Shown: positions 9,428 through 18,229 of the stretch, piece by piece
Layout: each line of letters begins with the position of its first letter
Numbering within the stretch: the stretch's first letter is position 1
Assembly: GCA_965201075.1 (NCBI GenBank)
Contig: CBDAVP010000011.1
Coordinates: forward strand, 1-64,000
Direction: 5' to 3'
Source of the DNA: Isosphaeraceae bacterium
Lineage (GTDB): Bacteria > Planctomycetota > Planctomycetia > Isosphaerales > Isosphaeraceae
DNA length: 64,000 nt
The notes under the pieces: model-generated
Told to the model about the DNA's origin: nothing
Seen by the model: the letters and a program-made list of their open reading frames with translations, nothing else
Database searches by the model: none
Program-made: the position numbers and the translations under genes

Positions 9428-10238
9428 GTGCCTGCCCCTCCCGCCTCTGGATCCGGTTCAGGACGACCAGGATCGCCAGCGAGCAGCCCAGCAAGACCGC
9501 CGACACCGCCATCGCCCCGTAGCGGTTGCCGCTCTCGATTTCGGCGAACACGTACAGCGGGGCGGTTTGCGTCTTGAGCGGGTGGTTCCCGGCCACCACG
9601 ATCACGCTGCCGAACTCCCCCAACGCCCGGCTGAACGCCAGCGACGCGCCGGTGACAATCGACGGCCAAAGCGTCGGCAAGGTCACGCGGCGGAACGTCG
9701 TCCAGGGGCCAGCCCCCAGAGTGGCGGCGGCCTCTTCCTCGGCCTTCTCGATCTCCAGCAAGACGGGCTGGACGCTACGCACCACGAACGGATACGTCAC
9801 GAACAGCAACGCCAGCACCACCCCGGGCCTTTGATAAACCACTGACCAGCCGTGACGTCCCAGGATCGTCTCCAGGACGCTCCCCGGGCCGAACAGGATG
9901 ACCAGCATCAGCCCGGCGACCACCGTCGGCATGGCGAAGGGCAGGTCGATCAACGCGTTGACCAGCCACTTGCCCGGGAAGGGCTGGCGGACCAGGACCC
10001 AGGCCGTCGCCGTGCCGACCACCACGTTGACCAGAACCATGACCCCAGCGGTCAGGAACGTCAGCTTCAACGCATGCCAGGCGAACGGGTCTGACACCGC
10101 GTCGGCAAAGGCCCGAGCCCCCGGCCGAGCCGCCTCGACCGCCAGGGCCGCCAGCGGCAACAGCACCATCAACCCCAGGTAGGCCAGCGACGCCCCCCGC
10201 AGCGCCACCCCGCCCACGTTCGCCGAAACCCGGTCCAT
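9417..10238 (-). CDS. cysT: sulfate ABC transporter permease
   Basis: DLPFAMPTVVAG, PFVVRSVQP, EEAAATLGA, RALGEFG; start moved to ATG 10238 just after the sbp stop. Confidence 0.9.
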   Translation of the reverse strand: MDRVSANVGGVALRGASLAYLGLMVLLPLAALAVEAARPGARAFADAVSDPFAWHALKLTFLTAGVMVLVNVVVGTATAWVLVRQPFPGKWLVNALIDLPFAMPTVVAGLMLVILFGPGSVLETILGRHGWSVVYQRPGVVLALLFVTYPFVVRSVQPVLLEIEKAEEEAAATLGAGPWTTFRRVTLPTLWPSIVTGASLAFSRALGEFGSVIVVAGNHPLKTQTAPLYVFAEIESGNRYGAMAVSAVLLGCSLAILVVLNRIQRREGQAHGH

Positions 10239-10242
10239 CGGC

Positions 10243-11307
10243 TCACTTTCCCCCGGCCAGGGCGGTGAACACCGACGTCCAGATCCCCTTGGGCCCATAC
10301 ACCGTGTCGCGTACTCCGTCCCAACCTCCCAGGTCCGCCATCGTGAACAGTCTGGCGGGCAGGGGGGCCGCGACGGTGTCGTTGGCCTTGGGATCAACCG
10401 GCCGGAACCCGTATTCCCCCAGGAGTTTCTGACCCTCGGCCGAGCGAACGAACGCCAGGAAGGCCTCGGCCACCTCGCGGTTCTTGTGCTTGGCCACCGA
10501 AGCCTCGACGATCGCCGCCGGGCTCTCGATCAACAGGGTTCGCTCGGGGATGACGTACTCGATCGGCTTGCCCTGCTTCTTGCGCAGGAGGATCTCGTTC
10601 TCATAGGTGACCAGGGCATCGCCGGTCCCTCGCTCGAACGTGGCGACGCTGGCCCGACCCGACGAATCCATGTTGACGACGTTGGCCTGAACCTTCTTCA
10701 GCGCCTCGCCCACCGTGGCCAGGTCGGCGGTCCCTCCGTGAGCCTCCTTCGACGTCAACAAGGCCGAACCATACAGGGCATTGACGTTCCAACGAGCCCC
10801 GCCGGAGGTCTTGGGGTCGGGGTAAAGCACGCCAACGCCGGCCTTGGCCAGGTCGTCCCAGGTCTTGATCCCCTTAGGATTGCCCGGCCTCACGCCGATG
10901 ACGACCAGGCTATGAGTGATGACCCCCTGGTCCGGCCCCGTGTTCCAGTCCGGCTTGACGAGTCCCTTCTCGACCAACGGCCGGACGTCGTCTTCCAGGG
11001 ACAGGGCAGCGATGTCGGCCTCGAACGTCCCGGCCGCGATCTTGCGAGACTGGGCGCCCGAGGCTTCATAAGACTCGACAAAGTCCACTTCGCGACCGGT
11101 TTTCGCCTTCCAGAGCCTGGCGAACGCCGGCCGCAAGGCGTCGTGGAACGCTTCCTTGATGACCGAGTAGCCGCCGATGGTCAGCGTATCGCGCGCCGAG
11201 CCGCCCCCGGCCGAGGGTCCAGCCGAAGGGCCGCACCCGCCACCCAGAACTCCGACGACCACCACCAGCAACCCGCCACGGGTCCATCCGATTCGTCGCA
11301 CGACCAT
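10243..11307 (-). CDS. sbp: sulfate ABC transporter substrate-binding lipoprotein
   Basis: SYEASGAQSR, GNPKGIKTWDDL, PDPKTSGGARWN, TYENE; LGGGC lipobox-like site; [10 protein letters not shown] before ATG 11307. Confidence 0.9.
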   Translation of the reverse strand: MVVRRIGWTRGGLLVVVVGVLGGGCGPSAGPSAGGGSARDTLTIGGYSVIKEAFHDALRPAFARLWKAKTGREVDFVESYEASGAQSRKIAAGTFEADIAALSLEDDVRPLVEKGLVKPDWNTGPDQGVITHSLVVIGVRPGNPKGIKTWDDLAKAGVGVLYPDPKTSGGARWNVNALYGSALLTSKEAHGGTADLATVGEALKKVQANVVNMDSSGRASVATFERGTGDALVTYENEILLRKKQGKPIEYVIPERTLLIESPAAIVEASVAKHKNREVAEAFLAFVRSAEGQKLLGEYGFRPVDPKANDTVAAPLPARLFTMADLGGWDGVRDTVYGPKGIWTSVFTALAGGK

Positions 11308-11323
11308 CCCTCCCCGACCCAAA

Positions 11324-11773
11324 TCAAATGGTCCATTCGTTGACATAACCCCTGCGTCGTTCCTGGTTTTCGCGGATCAGGTCGGCGAACGTCGTTTGGT
11401 CCACCACGTCCGACATCGCCTGCCGGACCCGTCCCCAGAAGCCGAAGAAGCAGCAATCGCCGTGGAACTCGCACTCGTGGGGGCGGGACTGGCTGACGCA
11501 ATCGACCGGGGCAATGGGCCCCTCGACATATCGCATCACTTCCCCGACGGTCAACCGGTCGGCCGGCCGCGACAGTCGATAGCCCCCCTCGGCCCCCCGC
11601 CGACTCTGCACGAAACCGCCCCCCTTGAGTTGACCTAAGATCACCTCCAGGAAGCGGATCGGGATCATCTGCTGTTCGGCGATCTCGGCGATTTTCATCG
11701 GCTCGGGCCCCTCATGGTCGGCCAGAGCATAAATCGCCCGCAAGGCGTAATAACATTTCGACGAAATACTCAT
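11324..11773 (-). CDS. Rrf2-family transcriptional regulator (CymR/IscR-like)
   Basis: YALRA...IAEQQMIPIRFLEVILGQLK...SRRGAEGGYRL; Cys cluster C-x8-C-x5-CC. Confidence 0.92.
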   Translation of the reverse strand: MSISSKCYYALRAIYALADHEGPEPMKIAEIAEQQMIPIRFLEVILGQLKGGGFVQSRRGAEGGYRLSRPADRLTVGEVMRYVEGPIAPVDCVSQSRPHECEFHGDCCFFGFWGRVRQAMSDVVDQTTFADLIRENQERRRGYVNEWTI

Positions 11774-11811
11774 CGGTCCGGCTCCAGGCCGAACGGGGGC
11801 TAATCCTCCCC

Positions 11812-11834
11812 ATTTCGACCAGACAAGTCAAGAT
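11812..11834. promoter_or_regulatory. candidate Rrf2 operator overlapping a TTGACT -35 element
   Basis: ATTTCGACC-AGACA-AGTCAAGAT imperfect palindrome (YYGACY-N5-RGTCRR), about 40 bp upstream of the rrf2 start. Confidence 0.6.
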
Positions 11835-11927
11835 AAAACCCGGGGGCCGAACCGGTCCCGGCGAGGGACTTCCCTCATCCTTGGAAAAAACAAATTGGGG
11901 GGAGGGGGCGACGGGGGTCGACCGAAC

Positions 11928-12221
11928 TCAAGGGCTGAGGTCGAAGGCCGAGGGTTCCTCGGAGACGTCGATGGCGAGGTCCCGAGGCGGGTCGCGGAGA
12001 ATCCGAGGTCGGATCTCGAACAGATTACGGCGAAAGGCGCAAGGCAGGCAAAGTTTTTCGTCGCCGAGGTACACGTAAATTTCCGCGAGGTTGAGACGAT
12101 GATGGAAGTCGTCGCCGGGGGCGACGGCGTGGCAGAACTCTCGCTGGCTGTCGGTCTTGAGGCCAACACGCCAGCCCGGCTCATGAAGGAAAAGGCGGTT
12201 GACCTCCGGTTCCGGTTCCAT
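11928..12221 (-). CDS. hypothetical protein with CxxC (possible small metal-binding protein)
   Basis: non-low-complexity ORF with FCH, HH and CLPC; ATG 12221 (alternative 12272). Confidence 0.6.
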   Translation of the reverse strand: MEPEPEVNRLFLHEPGWRVGLKTDSQREFCHAVAPGDDFHHRLNLAEIYVYLGDEKLCLPCAFRRNLFEIRPRILRDPPRDLAIDVSEEPSAFDLSP

Positions 12222-12303
12222 TGGACGACGCGCCTCCCAGTCCCATACCACCCCGCTCGGCCACTCGCGCACGCATTATTGTAGGGGACCCGGGGACAAC
12301 GTT

Positions 12304-13272
12304 CTACCGGCTCGACGGGGCCGACCCGCCCGAACGGTGGAGAAACGCCAGGTTGCCGGCGATCATCGCCAGGCCAAACTCCGTCAGGCCCAGGGTCAGG
12401 TCGATCCCCAGGTGCATCGCGACCGCCCCGGCGATGAGCAAGGGCCGCAACGGGCGGACCCAGACCAGGACAGGATAGCCGACCTCCAGCGCCAGCGCTC
12501 CGTGGGTCGCCAGCGCCAGCAGTCCAGGGTAGGCGATCAAGGCGGTCAGGTCGAAACGACGGAAGTCGGCGATCAGCAAAATCATCTCCAGGGCCGTCCC
12601 GTCCCACCACTGTGGAGCCCGCAACTTCGCCAGCCCCGCCGCTGCGTAGATCAGGCAAAGATGGAGTTGGATGAGCCGCAACCCCAGGTTGGCCGAGACC
12701 GTAGGCGACGGCGGCGCGGGGGGCCCCTTCTCTCGGCGAGCCCTCAGCCAGCGATCGACCGAGTATGCCTGGCCGCTCGCCCCGCTCATGGCGAGATACA
12801 GCGCCCAGGTTGCCACGATGTTGTCGAAGCCGAACAAAAGAACCGGAGTCCGCCTCGCCGTCGAAACGGCGATCGCCCACGCCAGCGGGGCCGTGATCTT
12901 CGACGCTAACCCAGCCGTGAGCGCCGCCAGTATCCCCAGGCAGGCCACCCAAGCGACCGGCAAGAGCGAGTCGGGCACCAGAAACCAGAACGACCAGGCC
13001 CAGGGGGAATGGCCCACGACCACCTCGGGCCTCCCCTCGGCCTCGGCGCTTCCGTAGTAGTAGCGGCGCACCGCGTCGGGCTCGGCCCAACCTCGGGAGC
13101 CGAGGTTGGCCCGGAGGTCCGTCGCCATCGTCGCCAGACTCCAGAGCAACAGGAGCCCCACGGCGATCCGGATCAAGGCCAGGGGGTGGGGGCCGGCCGG
13201 TTGGAAGAAAAATCCCGACCATCCCCGGGCGACGGAAATTCGCAGCCCCTCGAAGTAATCCTTTACGGACAT
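12304..13272 (-). CDS. HTTM-domain membrane protein (SdpB / vitamin-K-dependent carboxylase-like)
   Basis: LIRIAVG, FGFDN, AYSVDRW, LRLIQLHLCLIYAAAGLAKL...WWDGTA, MHLGI...LTEFG; start overlaps the upstream stop (TGATG). Confidence 0.85.
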   Translation of the reverse strand: MSVKDYFEGLRISVARGWSGFFFQPAGPHPLALIRIAVGLLLLWSLATMATDLRANLGSRGWAEPDAVRRYYYGSAEAEGRPEVVVGHSPWAWSFWFLVPDSLLPVAWVACLGILAALTAGLASKITAPLAWAIAVSTARRTPVLLFGFDNIVATWALYLAMSGASGQAYSVDRWLRARREKGPPAPPSPTVSANLGLRLIQLHLCLIYAAAGLAKLRAPQWWDGTALEMILLIADFRRFDLTALIAYPGLLALATHGALALEVGYPVLVWVRPLRPLLIAGAVAMHLGIDLTLGLTEFGLAMIAGNLAFLHRSGGSAPSSR

Positions 13273-13880
13273 CAGGGTTCGACGCACGAGAGTTCCCCCA
13301 CGACTTCCGGGATGCTGAAGAACTCCTCGGCCTCCAGGTCCAATACCGGGCCCCCCGGCCCAGCGACCGCCTCGCGGACCCGCTCCGGCGGCGGCAGTCG
13401 GTGCTGGACCACCGACAGCGTCACCCCCGAGCACCCTGGGTTTTCGTCGCAAAGGTGGTGGGCGTAGGACGAGGCCCAAACCTTCGGCGGCAACGGGCCC
13501 GACTCGTCGGTGGCGTCCCCCTCCACGTCGGCGGACAGGTGATAAGCCAGCGCCAACCCCCGTTGATAACGCAGACGGGGCCAGGCGGCCTTGTCCGGCA
13601 ACGAAATTACCCGGACGGGGCGACCATCGGCGAACCGCAGACGGGCGCGGACCAACGGGGTCGAACTCGGCGGGGGGGCGTAATAGCGGTGGGCGTGGTC
13701 CAGGTCCAGCAGCGAGGTATACGGCAAACACTGGCGGAACAACCACTTCTGCGCCACCGACGAGGGTTCGACCACCATCTCTGCCGAAAGCACCGCGACC
13801 ATGTGGACCAGCAGGAGGACCGTCAAAGCCCGCCTCGCCATCGGAGGCCATCCCGATCGAGCCGCTCTTGCCTCCGCCAT
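13272..13880 (-). CDS. membrane-anchored partner of the HTTM protein (SdpA/DUF5819-like)
   Basis: single N-terminal TM with His (LLVHMVAVL), HAHRYYAPPP resembling the family's FAPxP motif; translationally coupled to the HTTM gene. Confidence 0.65.
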   Translation of the reverse strand: MAEARAARSGWPPMARRALTVLLLVHMVAVLSAEMVVEPSSVAQKWLFRQCLPYTSLLDLDHAHRYYAPPPSSTPLVRARLRFADGRPVRVISLPDKAAWPRLRYQRGLALAYHLSADVEGDATDESGPLPPKVWASSYAHHLCDENPGCSGVTLSVVQHRLPPPERVREAVAGPGGPVLDLEAEEFFSIPEVVGELSCVEP

Positions 13881-14236
13881 GCCTCTTCCTCCCCTTTTGT
13901 AACTGAGTTCTCGCCGTCCTAACTCCGCGATGGCCAGGAACGATCCTCGGAAAAATCTCAAGCACCAGCACAAACCCCCAGGTCTACGTTTTTTTTCTAT
14001 TTTGCCAAATTCACTTGTCCAGGTCGGGACTAGATACTAGAATTTGCGGTGTCTGGGGGAAGTCTCCGGGGCAGGGCCATGGTAAGTTGGCGGGGACCGG
14101 AGGGATCGGGCGGGGTTTGACGCTCGATTCCGCCGGCGAATGGCACTCGACGGCTGACATCCAGTGCCTATGTCCGGCCGGTTGGCGGACGTCCGACACA
14201 CGACACACTTTATCGGCACCAGGGGAGGTCGGGACG

Positions 14237-14956
14237 ATGCAGGGAACTTTGGTGATGCTGATGGCCCTCAGCGGCCTGGGCTGCCATCACAAGGCGGTCG
14301 CGGATTGTGCTCCGGCGGTCGCGAGCTGCTATAGCTCTTGCTACAGCAGTGCTTGCTACAGCAGCGCCTGCTACAGCAGCGCCTGCTACAGCTCATGCTA
14401 TGGAGGCGCCAGCTACGGTTGCTACTCGGGCTGCTACAGCACGCCCCCCGCGGCCTGGTATGGTGGCTCGTCCTGCTACGGCGGCTGCTATGGCACTTAT
14501 TACGACACGAACTACAACTCCTGCACCGGGACTCGCAAGCACGGTTTGTTTAGTGGCCTCTTTGGCCACAAGCGCCGCGCCGCCACGGCGTGCTATTCCG
14601 CTCCGGCTGCTTGCGACATGGGTTGCGCCCCTGTGGCGACCTGCAACACCGGTTGCTACGGCAGCCCGGTCTTTGGCACTTATACCCCGGCCTACGCAGG
14701 TGACACCTACGGCATCCCGGCGACCTACGCCAGCGGCCAGGGTGTGATCACCTACTCCAGCGGCCAGGGAACCGTCTCCAGCGGCCAGGGAAACTACACC
14801 CCCGCCCCCGCCCCCGCCCCGGCCGCCACTCCGGCCCCGGTCGACACCACGGTTCCGACGGCGACGCCCGAGCCCTCGATGGAGAAGCCCGAGGATCCGA
14901 CCCCGGGCACGACGGAAACCCCGGTGCCGGTCCCGGCCCCCAAGCCCTCCTTCTGA
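14237..14956 (+). CDS. secreted-type Cys/Tyr/Ser/Gly-rich repeat protein with Pro-rich tail
   Basis: GGAGG RBS at 14224; hydrophobic N-terminus MQGTLVMLMALSGLGC; 12 CY dipeptides, 18 Cys; three SGQG repeats. Confidence 0.8.
   Translation: MQGTLVMLMALSGLGCHHKAVADCAPAVASCYSSCYSSACYSSACYSSACYSSCYGGASYGCYSGCYSTPPAAWYGGSSCYGGCYGTYYDTNYNSCTGTRKHGLFSGLFGHKRRAATACYSAPAACDMGCAPVATCNTGCYGSPVFGTYTPAYAGDTYGIPATYASGQGVITYSSGQGTVSSGQGNYTPAPAPAPAATPAPVDTTVPTATPEPSMEKPEDPTPGTTETPVPVPAPKPSF
14323..14401 (+). repeat. 12-15-nt coding tandem repeat (TGCTACAGCAGC[GCC]) encoding CYSS(A)
   Basis: six consecutive CY units visible in DNA and protein. Confidence 0.85.
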
Positions 14957-15145
14957 GCGATCCCCCGCGGGACGCACTCGCGACTTCGGCCCTCGATCCA
15001 CTCGCCCCGCGGCGGGTCGGTTGCGGGCCGTTGGCGTTGGCGGAGCCCTCTCGCCCTTTCGGTGGGGCCGGGGCTCCCCTTTCGCCGTTCGGGAGGTTGG
15101 CTTATACTCAGCCCGCTTGCTTCTGAAGGACTAGGAGCCACAGCC

Positions 15146-16021
15146 ATGCTGGACGCATACGACACCTCTTGCCCGGCCTCGATTTCTGTTATGGATTCCC
15201 CCTCCAACCCCGACGACGACCGGGAACGCATCGGCTGGATGATCCAGAACCTGGGCGAGCCGTTTTGCCGACGGTTGGGGGTTTACCCCGTGCCGGAAGA
15301 CCTGGTCATCTCGGTGGTCATCCCGGTCTACAAGGAACTCCGGACGATCCACGAGATCCTCCGCCAGGTCCGCGCCGTCCCCCTGCGCAAGCAGATCATC
15401 CTGGTCGACGACTGCTCGACCGATGGGACCCGCGAACTGCTCCAGGAGTGGACCCGGACTCAGCCCGACCTGACCATCGCTTTTCACAAGACGAACCAGG
15501 GCAAGGGCGCGGCCTTGCGAACCGGATTCGCGCTGGCGACCGGCCAGATCGTCATCGTCCAGGACGCCGACCTTGAGTACGACCCGGCCGAGTACCCCCG
15601 CTTGATCCAGCCGATCGTCGAGGGACGGGCCGACGTGGTGTATGGCTCGCGGTTCATCGGCGAGAGCCATCGCGTCCTGCACTTCTGGCACTCGATGGGC
15701 AACCGCTTCCTGACGTTCCTGTCGAACATGTTCACCGACCTGAACCTCACCGACATGGAAGTCTGCTACAAGGTCTTCCGCCGAGAGGTGATTCAGGGGA
15801 TCAAGCTCGACAGCAACCGGTTCGGCTTCGAGCCCGAGGTCACGGCCAAGGTTTCGCGGTTCAAGATGCCCGCGAGGGACGGCCGCCCGGCTCGCCGCTG
15901 CCGGATCTACGAATTACCCGTCAGCTACGACGGCCGGGACTATTCCGAAGGGAAGAAGATCGGCATCAAGGACGGCTTCCAGGCCCTTTACTGCATCGTC
16001 CGCTACGGCCTGCGAGACTGA
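15146..16021 (+). CDS. family 2 glycosyltransferase (polyprenol-phosphate mannose synthase-like)
   Basis: [48 protein letters not shown]. Confidence 0.92.
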   Translation: MLDAYDTSCPASISVMDSPSNPDDDRERIGWMIQNLGEPFCRRLGVYPVPEDLVISVVIPVYKELRTIHEILRQVRAVPLRKQIILVDDCSTDGTRELLQEWTRTQPDLTIAFHKTNQGKGAALRTGFALATGQIVIVQDADLEYDPAEYPRLIQPIVEGRADVVYGSRFIGESHRVLHFWHSMGNRFLTFLSNMFTDLNLTDMEVCYKVFRREVIQGIKLDSNRFGFEPEVTAKVSRFKMPARDGRPARRCRIYELPVSYDGRDYSEGKKIGIKDGFQALYCIVRYGLRD

Positions 16022-16566
16022 CCGAGCGCCGGCCGCCGCCGGCACTCGCGCACGTCCAACCGCCCCCCGAACCGCCGTTGGCTCAGGGCAAGGGCGATCA
16101 GGGTCCGATGGCAGGCCGCCGCGTCCTCGCAGGCGCAGAGCAACGCGACCCCCTCGGGCTCGGTGATCACCCGGTCGGCCAGTCGGTCAAGCCCGCGATG
16201 CACCGGCCAGCCCCCCTCGGGGTCGTCCAGGTGGGCCCGCAAAACGGTCATCGCCCGGTCCCGTCGCTGGGGGTTGCCCAACTCGGCGACCCATTCATAG
16301 GCGATCCCCGCCGTTGCCAGCAAAGGAACGATCCCGAGGCCGCCGGCCTGCAAGGTCCACGGCTTGGAACCGTAATGGCCCCCTTCGACCGGGTCCGAGG
16401 CGCAAGGATTCAGCCGCACGTCGACGACCTGACGGACGCCTCGATCGACCAGCGTTGCCAGCAGCCCCTCAGCCCGCCTCGCCGCTGGCCACGCGCCGTA
16501 GCCGACTGTCCACAGCACCATCGCCCCGCCCCCCGGCTTCCCGACGCCCTCGGCCTCGCTTACCAT
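16003..16566 (-). CDS. DUF488-family protein
   Basis: LWTVGY, VVDVR, ELGNP, ALLC.CE...CHR; start 16566 or 16521. Confidence 0.75.
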   Translation of the reverse strand: MVSEAEGVGKPGGGAMVLWTVGYGAWPAARRAEGLLATLVDRGVRQVVDVRLNPCASDPVEGGHYGSKPWTLQAGGLGIVPLLATAGIAYEWVAELGNPQRRDRAMTVLRAHLDDPEGGWPVHRGLDRLADRVITEPEGVALLCACEDAAACHRTLIALALSQRRFGGRLDVRECRRRPALGQSRRP

Positions 16567-16607
16567 ACCCTTGTCGGCCGCCCTCCGCGCCCGCAAGGAC
16601 CCCCACC

Positions 16608-17351
16608 ATGCCGAGCCTCTCGTCGAAGCCCTTCCTGTTGCTGGCCTTGCTGATGATCGCGGCTCCCGCGGCGGCCCAGGACGACGCCCCCCGGCGTGCC
16701 AGGTCTCGGCCCCGCCCCACGACTTACATGGGCCGGCCGATCGCCCCAGTCATGTCGTTCGAGGGGGCCGACTGGCTGGTCCGCGACACCCGAGAGGCCG
16801 AGGAGCAGCCGGAAACGATGCTCGACGCCCTGAAGATCGCCCCGGGCTCGACCGTGGCCGACATCGGCGCTGGGGTTGGCTACACCAGCTTGCGGCTCTC
16901 GGTCCGCGTGGGACCGAAGGGGATGGTTTACGCCACCGACCTCCAGCCTCAGATGCTCCAGAGGCTCAAAAGCAACGCCCGGGAGGCTGGCGTCACTAAC
17001 ATCAAGGCGGTCCGCGCCACGGCCGAGGACACCAAGCTGCCGCCCGACGCGATCGATCTGGTCGTGATGGTCGACGTTTACCACGAATGCCCCGACCCCG
17101 AGGCCACCTTGAAGGGAATCCGCCAGGCACTGAAGCCCAACGGCCGGGTCGCCCTGGTTGAGTACCGCGCCGAGGATCCGGAGGTGCCGATCAAGCCCGA
17201 ACACAAGATGACGCTCGCCCAGGTTCGCAAGGAGTTGGAGCCCCAGGGGTTCACGTTCCTGGAGTCGGTCGAGACGCTCCCCTGGCAGCACGTCATCCTG
17301 TTTCAGAAGTCGCCCGACGACCCCAAGCCCGAGGACAAACCCGCCCCTTGA
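16608..17351 (+). CDS. exported class I SAM-dependent methyltransferase
   Basis: signal peptide AAAQ-D; YMGRPIAPVM, VADIGAGVG, VDVYHE, LPWQH. Confidence 0.85.
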   Translation: MPSLSSKPFLLLALLMIAAPAAAQDDAPRRARSRPRPTTYMGRPIAPVMSFEGADWLVRDTREAEEQPETMLDALKIAPGSTVADIGAGVGYTSLRLSVRVGPKGMVYATDLQPQMLQRLKSNAREAGVTNIKAVRATAEDTKLPPDAIDLVVMVDVYHECPDPEATLKGIRQALKPNGRVALVEYRAEDPEVPIKPEHKMTLAQVRKELEPQGFTFLESVETLPWQHVILFQKSPDDPKPEDKPAP

Positions 17352-17361
17352 ACATCAATTG

Positions 17362-18201
17362 TCAGCAGCGGGGCAGGACGCTCAGGATGCGGCGGGCCGG
17401 GCCGGTCATCGTGCCGTCGAGGAAGTTTTCCCCCTCCACCTCCCGGAGGTTGGTCCCCTTGTAGGACGTGGCGATCGTGCACAGGATGACGATGTTGGGC
17501 TCGCCGCCGCAGCACGAGCCCCCACCGTCGCCGCCCCGGTCCGTATCGGGCTCGACGCACCACTCACATTCATACGAGGACTCGGCGATGCGCAGGCCGA
17601 AGGCGTTGGGTCCGGCGGCGGCGGTCGGCGGGCCGTGACCCCATTGCCAGAAGGTTCGGGAGCCCGCGCCGCAGGCATATTCCCACTCGTCGACCGTCGG
17701 CAGGCGGAACCCCTCGCGACGGATCACCCCGAACGCCTGCCGCAAGGTCAGGGCGAAATCCGAATCCCAACCGCGATCGGTCTGGGCGCCGCTGAAATCG
17801 CGAGGGTGAGTCTCCGCCAGGAACGGGGCGATCCGGACGGTCCGCAGCGGAGTCATGTTCTGGTCAAAATGCTCCAGGAGCGCCGACCACGCCGCCTCGG
17901 GGTCCAACCCCATCACCTCGGCGTAATCGCGGAAATCCTCGTCGTCGACCCTCGGCGGCCGGTCGCGGTCGTACCCCAGGGTCGCCAAATCGCCGGGAAG
18001 TAAGGTGAATTCCGAACCGCGGTAGTCGAAAAACGCGACGTGACGGGACTGGTCGCCATGGCTCCGATGGCGCAACCCGCTGAAGCTCCATCCCGGCGGC
18101 AGGCCCCTGGCCACATCGCGGGCGACGGTCTCGCAGGCACCCGCGTCGAGGCCGTCCCAGGTGGCGAGGTCCGGCAAACGCGGGTCGAGAACCTGGCGCA
18201 T
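17362..18201 (-). CDS. FGE/SUMF1-like domain protein
   Basis: GFRLPTVDEWEYAC, PNAFGL, EWC, RGG motifs. Confidence 0.7.
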   Translation of the reverse strand: MRQVLDPRLPDLATWDGLDAGACETVARDVARGLPPGWSFSGLRHRSHGDQSRHVAFFDYRGSEFTLLPGDLATLGYDRDRPPRVDDEDFRDYAEVMGLDPEAAWSALLEHFDQNMTPLRTVRIAPFLAETHPRDFSGAQTDRGWDSDFALTLRQAFGVIRREGFRLPTVDEWEYACGAGSRTFWQWGHGPPTAAAGPNAFGLRIAESSYECEWCVEPDTDRGGDGGGSCCGGEPNIVILCTIATSYKGTNLREVEGENFLDGTMTGPARRILSVLPRC

Positions 18202-18229
18202 GGGACGCACCTCGCGGGGGTCGTGAAGC

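Noticed and set aside
12304..13971. 555-aa version of the HTTM ORF
   Set aside because: The upstream 230 codons overlap the partner gene in another frame; the ATG at 13272 coupled to the partner's stop is the better start
14141..14156. TGGCAC upstream of the Cys-Tyr gene as a sigma54 promoter
   Set aside because: GG-to-GC spacing is 9 rather than 10 and the TTGC element is missing
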